This document shows positions 50,244 through 63,392 of a stretch of 64,000 nt of DNA, one piece after another (the stretch's first letter is position 1; each line of letters begins with the position of its first letter). Source of the DNA: Octopus bimaculoides. Its lineage: Eukaryota. The stretch lies in the NCBI RefSeq assembly GCF_001194135.2, contig NC_068986.1, forward strand, positions 15,976,812-16,040,811, given 5' to 3'. Below the pieces are notes generated by a model. It was not told where the DNA came from. It searched no databases and saw only the letters and a list, made by a program, of their open reading frames with translations. A program made the translations under genes and the position numbers.

Positions 50244-51127
50244 ATTACATGGAAAAATGCGAGCAAGACAAATAATATTCTTAAGATTATAAACTTGGAA
50301 AAGTACAGTCCAAGTCATTCACTTGAAAAAGTTCAGGACATATTATTACATCTAGTAAAGTTCAGAACATGAAAATATTTACTTAAGATATTACAGCTAA
50401 GGATAAAATATGAATATTAAAATGTATTTCATTTCAATTTACAAAGTGACATTACAATTAAAAAAGGTATCATGATTTTGTTAAAATATTAACACACTGG
50501 AATACTTAAAAGGTGAGAGCAAGAAGTACGAATATAGCTAAAGTTTTATGCAAATTAGAACAGTGTATATGGTAGGCAAATTCATTATGTAAAAATAGAC
50601 ATTGTTTCAAGGCTAAAAATATGAATACTTGGCAATGACTTTGGCAATAACTCAAGTTAATGTTACTGTGAATTTGCTGTTATAGGTAGATTTTACTGTA
50701 ATATATAACTAATTTTTGTATTATTCGATTTATTGTACTATGTACTACTTTTATCTTTTATAACCAATTTTTAAATTTCTAATTATTAATTAATAATTTT
50801 AAAAAATGAATCTTTTAAAGTTCAAAATATATTTTAATGGAATGTTTTTAAATTGTTAATAGAACTAACGAGAGATAATACATAGGAGCATTAAGTTGTA
50901 ATAATATTTCTAGTTTTAATAACAATTAACATTTTCTAAATCTATATATATTTTTTGAAATTTTATACTTAGCTGCAATATTTTAAGTAAAAATTTTCTT
51001 GTTCTGTACTTTACCAGATGTAATAACATGTCCTGAACTTTTCCAACTGTAACATCATACCTCAGTACTTTTCCAAATTTATAATCTTAAGAATATTATT
51101 TTAATTGCTCGCAATTTGCCATGTAAT
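50244..51127. mobile_element. Non-autonomous element with ~165-bp imperfect terminal inverted repeats (50244-50409 / 50960-51127)
   Basis: Left arm ATTACATGGAAAAATGCGAGCAA..AATAATATTCTTAAGATTATAAACTTGGAAAAGTAC...AAAAGTTCAGGACATATTATTACATCTAGTAAAG...CAGCTAAG matches the reverse complement of the right arm block for block. AT-rich interior with no ORF. Confidence 0.8.
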
Positions 51128-51339
51128 TTATGTATGTATATGAATTTGTTTTCGTAATTCTAAACTAAGTCGCAATATTTGAAGATTTTGTTTTAAAGAC
51201 ACATAAAACGGTCATATATACATACATATATTTATGCGTGTGTGTATGTGTGTGCGCATGTGTGTCTGTATGTGGTGGTGTGTGCGCGTATTTTTTATAT
51301 CTATGAACATACACATATGTATATATACACATATGGATG

Positions 51340-51531
51340 TATATATATATATAGAGAGAGAGAGAGAGGGAGAGGGGGAGAAAGAGACAGTGACAGAGGG
51401 AGAGTCAGAAACAATTAAGTATATATAGATATAAATACAAGGATACACATATCTGTTTATAAATATATGTATGTATCTATTTGTCTCTCTTCCCCCCTCT
51501 CTCTCTCTCTCCCTCTCTCTCTGTCTCTGTT

Positions 51532-51612
<81 letters not shown>
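51340..51612. repeat. Compound (TA)(GA)...(CT)(CTGT)(TA) microsatellites
   Basis: Directly visible. Confidence 0.92.
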
Positions 51613-51614
<2 letters not shown>

Positions 51615-53209
51615 GTACAAACACACACATATATGCAGATACACATTTTACTTATAAACTGCATATACAATTCTATATTTGTTTTCGCTATGAACTACAT
51701 CATCATCATCGTCGTCATCGTCGTAATTACGTCAGTATATCTGCCAGATGATTGACGCGTTTGACCTGTTTTAGTCAATGGATGTCATACACATTTCAAT
51801 TCGCATCTTCTCCTTGGAATGTATTTTTGATGTGTTTGATTGTGAATGTAGGATGGACACCGTAAACACACGAAGTGCTGTCAAATTACCTATTTTCGTA
51901 CTTTGCCTAAAATTATTCTATAGGAAATTTCCTCACAACCGATGTCATTCACAAATTTTTGTATTTATTATATTTATATTTCTTTGTCTATTCACCTATT
52001 TTCGTTTATTTTATCTTAGTTTATTTTATAATATTGTTTCTGTTATTTCTTTATTCTTTCCTTCTTATTATTATTTTCTTTTCTGTTAGCTTTTATATTA
52101 TTGTTCATTTTTCCTTCTTTCTATGTTTTCAATCAGAAATATTTTCGATTGCTTAAAATCAACTCCTGCGAACATACTGAGAAAATAGTACTGCATGCAA
52201 ATGATGTGATTTTCATCTTTCATTATCGTAGCTCTATTGTATTTATGGACGCCATCTTTGTAAGTGAAATTGGTTCAGAAAGTTAACTCTCAATTGGACG
52301 GTAAATCGACTCGATATACATATAGAATGTATGCTTGGTAGGATAGATTTTGAATTCACATTGATAGTAAGCTCCGAGCAAATACAGATGACCACAAAAG
52401 AAGGAACGTTCTTTTATTGAAACAATGACAATCACTCACACAAATAAACAAACTCGACACAAACGATAGAACGAATAAAAATCATTTATGTTAATAAATG
52501 GTTTTATGAATTAAGTTGATCTATCAGTCTGCTTAAATGATTGCATTCAGATACAATCTCGAATAATTTTGCGCTATACCAAACAAAGAGGTTTATATAC
52601 AATGGTGATATCTTCGTAAAAACTCTTCGTAAATCCGTACTGTTTTCGCTCAATTTATGCAATAAATCACGCAATTTATGGAATTTCTAACTCATAACAG
52701 ATTTTAGTAATGACAGTGATCAGATGATTATAAATGTCTAGATCTGATAATTGTAAAAGTTTGCACAGTTAGTAAGAATTAACGGTTCATTGGCTATCCC
52801 TATTACTGAAACCTGTCCTCGTTTTTGCCCGCTAATGTCTGAACGAATCTACTGAATGAGCCGCTTAGCTGTGAATTAGTATGAGTAGGTGTATTGTACG
52901 GCTTTAATGCTACTTCATATACTAACATAACACATGTTCTCATTTCCATTGTAACCGTCGATATTTTTCTACATCGTGAATTTATATTACCTTCTTTTAT
53001 TTACAGTGCTATGCATTCTATACATTATCGATAAACTGTCAGTAAACTGTGCCAACGATACAGTTTCAATTCGCAGACGATCTTGCTCAGTATACTTGCC
53101 GCCTTTTTAACATTCTCGCGTTTCTAACCAAAGAAGCTGGCAGATACTCCAGTGGGTACAATACACAGTAATTTTCTATCTTTTGAAGAACGCGAGCTTG
53201 TAGACTTGT

Positions 53210-53405
53210 TACCACAGCGGACAAAATATTTAGTGGTTTTGTTTCCCGGGCCTTTATGTCCTGTGTTCCTATGTCTCTGAGGCTGAATTTTACTTTTCAT
53301 CATTTCTGGGTCGATAAAATAAGTATAATTTGAACACTGGTGTCGATGCAATCAACTCCCCCTCCCTATCCAAATTGCTGGCCTTGTGCTAAAATTAGAA
53401 ACAAC
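53210..53405 (+). mobile_element. SINE family A, degenerate
   Basis: TTTCATCATTTCTGGGTCGATAAAATAAGTA...GTCGATGCAATCAACTCCCC...AAATTGCTGGCCTTGTGC. Confidence 0.75.
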
Positions 53406-55879
53406 ATTAATCTTTCCTTGGCAATACCCCACTGTGAAATGAATATACTTCTTAATCATTGAATCCATGCAACTCTAATTATTTCACCGTTGTTCTTATC
53501 GACAGAATTAATTAGTGATTAGTTGCACGTTCAAAAAGCTTCAATTCACGTACATGCAGATGAAGGTTATGTGCTTTGTAAATTCTCGCTACCAATAATC
53601 GAAAGAAGAAGCATCTTCATAGAAACGACATACGCATCTGCCACAAATCCAGGCATTTCCAACTTAAATTTTAAAATAGGCACAGGAAGCAACGCAATTC
53701 TCTTTGGAATACAGAAGGTTGTATACACACGCTTCTGAAAATCCACTGATCCCTTCGCTCATAGTTCAAATAGAGCGGAGGTTACTTGGAGCGAAACAGC
53801 AACATCAAACATGGCCACTACATCGGGAATGCTATAGAATACATGCGTGTGTGTATGTAATCATTTCTATTTGATATTCGCTATTTTCAAACATTTTTTC
53901 AACAAAACAAGTTATTTACAAAGTATTATTAGCGTCTCTGTTTTTCCTGTTCTCGTTGATTCTGTTCAATAAATCTTAAACATGAACAGATCAACCAATC
54001 CACGATCAGACGCTTTCCATTCTAAACATTTAAAATGTCAATTTTATTGAACTAGCACAATATTACATAATGTATACCTCCAGTTTAACATCTGTGAGGT
54101 ATAATTTGAGTGAGGTTTAGCCGTTCTTACTAATACAGCTAGTGTCTGTCTAGAAGCACCCTCGTTGACTCAGCAGACTGGAAAATTTTCTTAATGTGGC
54201 GAAGCTTTATTCTGCTCCATATTTATAGATCTGTTTTATATTTTTGATATTACATAATCATAATATAAATTTTTATCTCATGTTCATTTGACTATTCTCC
54301 TTACACTCGCTTTTCTTAACTCTCTGACTTTTTATTTCCAAGGCAAACATGTTCAAATTTATTGGTTGTAGAATTTTATTTCATCTTTTTGTATTTTTTT
54401 CTTCTCTGTAGCGTGACTTTAAACTTGTAGCGTCTTTTATTAATATAATTCTTAACTCAGTTTGATCAAGTACAACGATGTGTACATCGTTTTTGTTTAT
54501 TGCATTTTTACACTTCTATGTTTGTTAATGTTACGGTCGTTTGTCTTATGTTCTACTCAACAACGATACCAAGACTTAAGAGAAATCATGGAGGTCAAAT
54601 AATTCAATAATAAATGGTTCTGCCAGTTGTAACCATAAACCAACTAACAAATTAAATTCACAAGACGATATAAGCGTTAACAGAAGCAATTTGCCCTGAA
54701 AACCACTGTGGCGATGTTTCCAGAAAATATACCCTTTCTATTCACATAAAAAATAAAGTTTTGTTTTCTGCAATGCATTGTTTATCGTTGGAAAACAACT
54801 CATAAAAAAAAGAACAAGACAATTCAAGTAGTAGATTGTCGTTGTTGGCTGGCATGCTCTGTTGAATCATACGAGATTGGTGTGACAGTTTAAACATATT
54901 GCACTTTCTGCTGTCCAGTTTATCTGCGTACGTAATTAGTTTCAGTTGGTGACCACAGAGAAGGTATGAAAGTTGGAGTCAGTCAGGGTGGAACAGATCG
55001 TCTTCCTTTGCACGTATTTTTGGTGTTTCGCATCCTTGAACAGTGTATGCTACTGCTCATAGTATTGAAGTTGCTGCTATGCCTGTGTGTTTCTTACGCT
55101 TCTCTGGGCTAGCCATGAGGGAAGAATGTTGTACTATATATATCTGGACGTATATACATGCGTATAGAGCATTACAAGACAACAAACAGCGATTCCCCTT
55201 CACTTCCATGTGAACTAAATGCATTATGTTTTTGTAGAATTTTCTTTCGTTGCTTTTACTTTATCTGGGTATTGTTTGTGTACATCTTGCTGTGAGTTAC
55301 CATCCGCTAGCTTGTATTAACTGAAGTTCATTGCGGCTTGTTGAAAAGATATAATTTGCCTAATTATGATGCATGATGATCGTAATTTGCTATTTCTTTT
55401 TGTTGGCCAAACGTGACATATGATTACTTTCATTACGGTTGTAAGATGTTTCCTTTTCTTTTCTTTAAAAGATTTTGTTGCTATTGCAGACGTATTATAG
55501 GTTACTCTTATGATGATTGTTTTCTGTGGATATCGTATGTGTTATGGTGTTTAATATATATATAGTTGATGTTCGCTGGTGTTTACATCGAAGTTGCATT
55601 GCCTAGTTGTTAGATTGATGTACTCACGATAACAAGGACATGGTTTCTATCTCGGAACAGCTTGGTATGTTGTGCTCTTCAAAAAAAAAAAAATAAAAAT
55701 AAAAAAATAAAACACTTCACTTCATTTTGCTCCAGGTAGCTTTGCTGGAAATGAGTAACCCTGTGACAGACTGATTTTCTATTCAGAAAGTTCTGATCCG
55801 TACACTTATTCGCCATGGAAACCGGGTAATTAATGCTATGAGTCCCAAAACTAAACAGCTGTGTCCAGGGGTTGCTGCC

Positions 55880-55890
55880 GTCGTTGTTCT

Positions 55891-55930
<40 letters not shown>

Positions 55931-55942
55931 GATGATGATGAT
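55880..55942. repeat. (GAT)n microsatellite
   Basis: Directly visible. Confidence 0.95.
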
Positions 55943-57689
55943 AATCTTTATGGTAAGTGACAGTGGGTTTTGTCTGTGGCATCATCAGGCTGCTACTGTG
56001 GAGAATGGTGAATAGATTATTTACGCTGGTTTGGAGTATGTATGACATAACACTCTCCGTAGACGTTGTGAGGGTGATGTTATAAGCGTACAGTGTGGGT
56101 AAGATGTCGCATAGATTACAAAGCTTGAAGAAAGAATTCAGCATTCAGGAAATGCTGTTGAAATACGCAACATAAACATGGTAACTGCACAGTATGTTTG
56201 CTAGGCATAACTTTACATCGAAGTTTTTAAAGAATATCTTATATTTTTTCATAAATGAACGGCGGGTGGTTGGAGTATATGTATGGGAGTTGTTTATTTA
56301 TGTAATTTTCTATTATTTGAATTAGGATTGTGATTAGTGCGACCGCCATTTATATTAAAATTTGAATGACTTTGTTTTTTTTTTTCTCAGATCAAATGCA
56401 ATGATGTAGAAATTACAGCTAACATGTTTGAACCTTTCTAGAGTGAATGAGTGTGTTTTAGCAAAATAATGCCATTTCGTTTTGGGTCTGGTAGAGATTT
56501 CAGAATTGTTAAGATAGTCCATAGATTCCGGATTTTAGGAAATTGTCAGATTTGATATTAAAGGATGTAAATTCTGGTGGGCACTGTGGATCTTTATGAA
56601 ATTCTCTGAATTTTCCATGAAACAGACCTGGAATTTAGGTGGTATGTCATCAATGTAGTCGTGCATGGCGACGAAATTACGTTGACAAACTTAAGTGATT
56701 GTCTGACTGAACGAGTAATTAATCACACAAATGTATCGGATCGTCAGGGCTGTTGGCAGTTATGTAAGACAAGGCACTGGACCTGCAATGCTACAGTCCG
56801 TGAGTAGTAACAGTCAAAGAAGTGTTAGGATCAGTGGGTGCATTGACTGCCGTGGAAAAAGTAATCGGAGGGAGTAGGGGCGAATATGGATGAATGAGAG
56901 ATAAAAAGATAAATGTATGTACATTAGCCTTTTGCCTCTCTAATGCATTATCATATGTTTGTCCGAAACGTCCATCCTTGTCTTCAATTTGCTCTTGTTT
57001 TATACGTCCTGAGCAATATAAGTTTTTTCCTTTCAAACATATATATGTATGTGTACATATGCGTATACGTATTAATGCATAGCGTTTGAAAACAAGATTA
57101 TCAGATTTTATACAAACCAAAGAATTTATTTCAATGTTGAACACTGGTCACATTTTATCAACTTTTCATGAATTCAAAGTTAAAATCAAACTCTTTTATT
57201 AACATTTTTTATACATATACTAATTTTTGCTTGTTATTTAATTGTAATTAATTGCAGAATACAAATTACACTTCATACGTGCATTGGTGAATACTTGCCT
57301 ATATGGAAAAGTCAAAACAACAACGTATACTTCCATGAATCTTACACCTCATTGAAATGCAGTTAACCGAACGCAAAACTGATGGAGTCTGCTAAGTTTC
57401 AAATCTACTTCCATTTGAATTCATTTCAAGTTTGTGGTTTGGTGTTTAACAAAACCGAAAAGACACGCCATAAATATTTATTTATTCATTGATTAACTTG
57501 GAAAGTCGTTGATAATTTCTATTTATTTCGATGTCAGATTTGTTAGAATATTGGAAAAAAAAAAAAAAACTTTATTTTATTTGTTCCGTCCATTAGGTCT
57601 TCTGATCAAAATCCTTGTCTATCAAAATTTGCATTTCATCCCTCTAAGGTACCAGTGATGGACTTCGGTGAATTTGATAAACGAATTCT

Positions 57690-58065
57690 TTTCCCTAAAA
57701 ATTGTTTTCGTGTTCTTATTTTCGCTGTATTGAAAATGCTTTGCGTAGGAAGTGTGCGGTGCTTAGTGGTGCTATTTTCTGTATGTTATATACACTTGTA
57801 AGTCAATGTGTTTTCGTTTTGTGTTTGTCTGAATGTTTTTTCATCATACCTACTATTTTAGAAATTGTTTATGTTTTTTTGCGCTTCACATTCGAGTTAC
57901 CTGTATTTCCAGATCTTTGTATTTTGAAAGTTTCTCTGTTTCTTTTAGAAAAACGCTGTCATCTTTTGGTATTGATACATCGATTAGAGCGCAACTTTTC
58001 CTTGATGATCTCTGACAACTATATCCGTTCTATTATCCTTGATTTTTCTATCTCTGTGTATTGGA
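57690..58065 (-). pseudogene. RLE-type (R4/Dong-like) LINE endonuclease-domain relic, same family as 5443-5610
   Basis: Minus strand: PIHRDRKIKDNRTDIVVRDHQGK, frameshift, CALIDVSIPKDDSVFLKETEKLSKYKDLEIQVTRM*...YNIQKIAPLSTAHFLRKAFSIQ. The 5' truncation point abuts the (ATT)n array. Confidence 0.85.
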
Positions 58066-58099
58066 TTATTATTATTATTATCATTATTATTATTATTAT

Positions 58100-58173
<74 letters not shown>

Positions 58174-58236
58174 TTTTAATTTTTATTAATAATATTATTA
58201 TTATTATCATTATTATTATTATTATTATTATCATTA
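58066..58236. repeat. (ATT)n(ACT)n(ATT)n triplet array
   Basis: Directly visible. Confidence 0.97.
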
Positions 58237-58759
58237 TTGAGTGTGAGTGCAGTGCATGCCATCAATGTGACACTGATCCCGTTTACTTCTGCTCGTGATC
58301 AGAGATGTACCAAGGGACATGCTCAACTGGTTAAGGTCAAACCACTAACAAGCAAATCTGTGGTATTGAGCAGAATATTTGCTGTAGCTAATCTTTTGCT
58401 CCAAGGCAAAACATGTAGTTGATAACACTTCCAATCAGTTACGATCAGAAGCCATAAGAATCGGTGCCTGGTATTGCATCCCTAAGAGGCAATTCTTCTG
58501 TAGAAGCTTTACAAGGCGCTCCTTTATGCATTTCTGTATGTTATCACTTACAGTCCGTTGTGCGGGAATCACAGAAGCTACAAGTTTTACGGATTTCATG
58601 TTCCAAATCGCTCTAATTGTGATAGTCTAGATTTTTTTGCCAGTTTGTCGTCTTTTCTCTCTTGATAATTCTGGAAACAAATGATTTCGATTCAACTTTT
58701 CTGTTACTGTAAGATCTCACTTGTTACATTCTGTATCCTTTCCTGTTTGAACTGGAAAA

Positions 58760-58910
58760 TTCTTCTTCTTCTTCTTCTTCTTCTTCTTCTTCTTCTTCTT
58801 CTTCTTCTTCTTCTTCTTCTTCTTCTTCTTCTTCTTCTTCTTCTCATCATTGTTTGTAGCAGCATTAGCAGTCGTATTGGTAGTAGTGGCAGCAGCGGCG
58901 GTAGTAGTAA

Positions 58911-58969
<59 letters not shown>

Positions 58970-58970
58970 T
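58760..58970. repeat. (CTT)n and (AGT)n triplet arrays
   Basis: Directly visible. Confidence 0.97.
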
Positions 58971-59130
58971 TCTGTAGTCGTATTGTTTAACACTTGCATT
59001 GAGAACTTCCGAATATCCGAATGCAGCTCTGTGTCCCATGGATACTTACGAAGTTTTGCTTGGGTCATGTTATTTTCAATGTAGGGCTAGATCTCTACGA
59101 ATAGAGCTCTTAGAAGTTCTAACGTTTTTA
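58970..59130 (-). mobile_element. Older RLE LINE 3' end/UTR fragment
   Basis: Minus strand TATCCATGGGACACAGAGCTGCATTCGG...ACTACAGAATACTACT resembles the 3' UTR at 5450-5520 (CATACCCAAGGCGCACAGAGCTGCGCTCGG...ACTACTGAACAATAA). The tail runs into (TAC)n. Confidence 0.5.
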
Positions 59131-59294
59131 AGATGCAGATATTTGTACTTCATTGTCAGTCCTTATCTACGTGTTTTCCAATTAGTTGCAAATCATCTGT
59201 CATATTGTAATTGTGACTATTTCTTATGTCTATTTCTCATTATTTGAATAATTCCTTTACTTATTATCTTCATTTTTATATCTTGGGTGTTAGT

Positions 59295-59512
59295 TCGACA
59301 AGCTGGCCGAATCGTTACATTCTCGACAAAATGATCAGTAGGATATTTTATCCAGTTCAATACGTTTTGAATTAAATATCGCTGCAGCTAACTTTGCCTT
59401 TCATCCTTTTGTGACCTACAAAATAAGTACCAGTCGAACACTAAGAGTCGTTATAATCAAATTACACCCTGATCCCTAAAATTGCTGATCTTGTGCCAAA
59501 ATTTGAAACGAT
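59295..59512 (+). mobile_element. SINE family A, degenerate
   Basis: AAGCTGGCCGAATCGTTA...ACTTTGCCTTTCATCCTTT...AAAATAAGTACCAG...AAATTGCTGATCTTGTGCCAAAATTTGAAAC. Confidence 0.75.
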
Positions 59513-60039
59513 TATATTTTTGGTGCAATTTTTCGATTAGGGCACTTACCTTCTTCTAGAAATCCTTGACACAACATCACGTTGATACACCCAGCATGTA
59601 TCATTGTGTCTTTTACAATATCCCGGCTATGATTTGTTTTTACCAGGCACAAGGACGTTTTCTGATGTATACCAATGCCATTTCTTTTCTGTATGTATTT
59701 CATATTTCTCGCAAATCTAGCAATATGATTCCTAAGTCCAAATTTTGTCATAACTAACGAGCATTTTCTGATATCTATCCGACATTACGTTATAAACTTA
59801 CTTTGAAATAAATCAAATCTTTTATGGAATCTAATACATAAAGTACGGAATATAAACTGATTCAATCACATTTCCGCTGAATATTTTTGAATCTCTACTA
59901 CTATCAAAAGCCATTTACTTTTACCAACGGATTGTTGCCAAAATTTAATAGAGATGTTCATCCGTGCATAATCATTGCATAATTGTTTTAGTTTCTCATT
60001 TGCCATTGAGGATGTGATTTCTGGCAAAATTTAATGCAA

Positions 60040-60330
60040 TCTGAAATGACCATTTGGGAATTGAAGAGTAATGAATTATTATCAATCAAAATTAATCTAT
60101 ATCGTCGTTCTTTATCAATTTTATTGATCTCCTCCATAAATACATCACTAATGTATAGTGCTAAACTGGAAGTTTCTTTACTTTTGGTGCTGACTTTAAT
60201 GCAAAACTTTTATTATGAGTTTTAACACGCTTTATACAGCATCCACTTATTGTATTGCTGCTACCGAGAAGGTGATTTCCTTCTGGGGAAACAGAAAGCT
60301 TCAAAAGTTGCTTCTATTGATAAATATTTG
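60040..60330 (+). pseudogene. Possible decayed APE-type LINE endonuclease fragment
   Basis: IKINLYRR followed, after a frame change, by FGADFNAK (60183-60206), resembling the APE YRxP...GDFNA motifs. Confidence 0.3.
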
Positions 60331-60769
60331 ATCTTATGTAACGTTGAGTCTTCCCGTGAATGGCTAATTTATTAGATTTTGTTACCTAAATTGTGATATT
60401 TTTTTTCCGATATGGCTAAACCACAACATTATCAGTTATAGTTCAGCTACTTGTGATAGATATCTGCTTTATAAGCAAATTGAATGTTACTTCAAATGAT
60501 TGTCTCATGCGGCAGAGAAAGGTATAATTGAAAACAATACAAAAAAAATATAAATAATATTCAAAATGTAATAATGTGCATTCATGCATTCGAAGTCCAG
60601 GCAACGCTGTGTCATTTCTACTTTGTGTTTTTTCTCAAGCAGTTTGTCAAAGGTCCAAAATACATACACAGAAGACAAACACAAACACACGCATTCATAC
60701 ACGCAAACACACATTTACGACTGCAGTTATATATATACATGTTGATCTATATATATATATATACATAGG

Positions 60770-60930
60770 TACAGGAGTGGCTGAGTGGTAAGTAGGTTGC
60801 TTACCAACTACATGGTTACAGGTTCAGTCAAACTTCGTGGCACCTTGGGTAGGTGTTTATACTGTAGCCTCGGGCCGACCAAAACGTTGTGAGTGGATTG
60901 GTAGACGGAAACTGAAAGAAGTCCGTCGTA

Positions 60931-60935
<5 letters not shown>
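60770..60935 (+). mobile_element. tRNA-headed SINE family B (CORE-like), best copy
   Basis: GGAGTGGCTGAGTGGTAAG (A box)...GGTTCAGTC (B-box-like)...GGCACCTTGGGTAGGTG (resembles the CORE CCTTGGGCAAGT block)...GACGGAAACTGAAAGAAGTCCGTCG, then a (TA)n tail. Confidence 0.85.
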
Positions 60936-60965
<30 letters not shown>

Positions 60966-60994
60966 NNNNNNNNNNNNNNNNNNNNNNNNNNNNN

Positions 60995-61048
<54 letters not shown>

Positions 61049-61869
61049 GTACATGTCTAGATATGAAAGTAAATGCATGAGAAGACATACATAAAACAAA
61101 ACACGATTCTGCAGACATACATGCATATATATATATATATATAATTTTTCGACCACTAAGCGACGAAAGTAAAAACTTCTATACATACTGGTTTAACTAA
61201 ACAATCACCCATTTAGGTCATGTTGTGGCTACTTCCCCATATTGTAATAAAATAGGAATAAAATGAAAAAAAATATAACTTAGATAAATCTTTCAAAATA
61301 TCAGTTCTCTAAATTTACAACGATATATATATATATACTTCTATATGTGTCTGTATAAATATAACATACACACACATATTTATATAAGTATATATACAAT
61401 TACATATGTGTGTTTGTGTGTGTGCATACACACACGCATGCTTTTCTGTGCGCATATATATAGAAAGAGTTAACTGTCTGCGTAGACATATACTTACTTA
61501 TATTGGTATGCTAGTGTATTTCTCGTATGTAAATAACTATAAATGGAGTTACTAATCACAATATCTGTCACTAAATACTATAAGTGAATATTTGAAGTGC
61601 AAATCGTTTAGTTAGAAAAAATACTCAAAATTTGACATTTCCTGTTAAACGAATTTTTCCAGCTGCAATTTTTATAAGAATATATCACATTTTCGCACTG
61701 TCATTCATCTACTTGTTTCCGACATCAAACCATTCAGAGATTTTTTCAATTATTTTGCCTGGGACTCGTTATCAGCAGCTTTACGAATGGCATCATTTGG
61801 ATATACATTTGAATTCGTTTATGTATATGTAAAAAAAACATCAAAACAAAAATGGAACTTAACAGACGA

Positions 61870-62045
61870 CAACAAAGCACTCGGACCTAAGGTGATACGG
61901 TAAAGAACAGGTAAAAAAAAGAAGGACGAACATCTGGTGCTTTCAGTTTCCTGTCCTGGGGGTCGATTTGTCCGACGAAACGCAGTGCTCCACCATGGCC
62001 GCAGTCAAATGACGGAAACAAATAAAGTAATAAGAGAATAAAAGA
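61870..62045 (+). mobile_element. SINE family C 3' part
   Basis: CTGGGGGTCGATTTGTCCGAC...GTGCTCCACCATGGCCGCAGTCAAATGACGGAAACAAATAAAG. Confidence 0.65.
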
Positions 62046-63284
62046 GTAACCTGTCTACAAAATTGTGACATCAACGTATATTTTCAGTGGAAGCATTTAT
62101 TTGACACGTGCGATTGTGAACTCTCATTATAATGCTATGAGGAAACAGCACGAATCTACTTCAATAGGTTAGAAAATACGAAAAGAAAAGAAAAAGAAAG
62201 GAAAAAATGAGAAACAAAAATGTGTCTCAATTTCAAACAGTACATATTCAACATCATATTTTGAGGATGCAGTGAATCAGAAATTATATTTTCATCAGTT
62301 ATCAGCACAACAGGGAGCGCGCATTCTTGTGAACATCTAAACGACTTTCACATACAACTCATACTTGAATTGTTAGGTGAGATGGGTTTTCCGGAAGCAT
62401 AACATATTCATTTTAAGCGTTCGCCAACCATACAAATGATGACGTTCAAAAGCATAATTGTTCAATGAAGTCCGTAATTTCTCTGACTATATTAGTGTAG
62501 TAATAAAAAGCTTATGTCAACCATTTTAAATATAATATAGCATAACAAGTAATTGCTGATGCTATTTCTGAGCGTGTCTAATATAACTTCTTCCGTGTGT
62601 TATAAATGATATTGTTTCTTTTAAATTCTGATATAGCCATGAGTTTGTCCTTCCCTAGATATCCATACATACAGGGAGACATCGCGAAGCAGTGATGTGT
62701 ATAACAACAATCTCGTTACTTGTTCGAATATGAAGTGGTAACAATCCTGTATATACACCCATCTCTACCTAGTGATGTCACCCCGTATTCAATTTATAGC
62801 GAGCCGCTGAATAGCACAACCAGAGTTTAAACGATGACGGGAATATCATAAAAGGGGCCTGTCTCTCGTGTCTGTTCACAATGCGTCCCTTTCCAGTCTC
62901 TGTGACTGAAGAGGAAATAACCACTCCGAAATGCATGCACCCCACATAGAGGCTACATAGTACTGTGAGCTGACTCGATGTATTTGCATCTATTTGCAAC
63001 GAAACGTTTTCTCCGTGCGAAAATCCATTGAATGGTTTTCTTACGAGTTCGAATATGCGTGTAGCATATTAGAACTCGTAAAGAGTTTGTATTGATACAT
63101 ACTTAATCGTATGAGCTTTAAATTCACGATCCTTATGTAAGATATTTTTTTTCTGTCTCTTACGACGTGTAAGGCCTGTTATCTGTTTTCCATGGCGTAT
63201 AAGTGACCGAAAACACAACATTCCCTCTAAATGGGACGCTGATGCATTTCAGATGTTTAAGGGCAGCAATGTTTGAGGGAATTG

Positions 63285-63392
63285 CATCGACCACGAAGTT
63301 ATAAAGGGCAAATTTCAAATCTGCGGGACGAGATGACACAGATTCAGAAGAAATAGCGCTAATCATATTGCAGTAACGATTCTGCCAGCCAA
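63285..63392 (-). mobile_element. SINE family A 5' fragment, degenerate
   Basis: AAAGGGCAAATTTC...GCGCTAATCAT...AACGATTCTGCCAGC. Confidence 0.55.

Noticed and set aside
54800-55700. Possible decayed RLE LINE CCHC region on the minus strand (CLNCH…C…YYL)
   Set aside because: Too degraded to support by eye; needs a frameshift-aware protein search.
56530-56690. Minus-strand YIDDI…NLHP, resembling the Penelope RT catalytic motif
   Set aside because: Spacing is longer than typical, the hydrophobic strand after DD is absent, the upstream GxxMG motif was not found, and there are stops on both sides.
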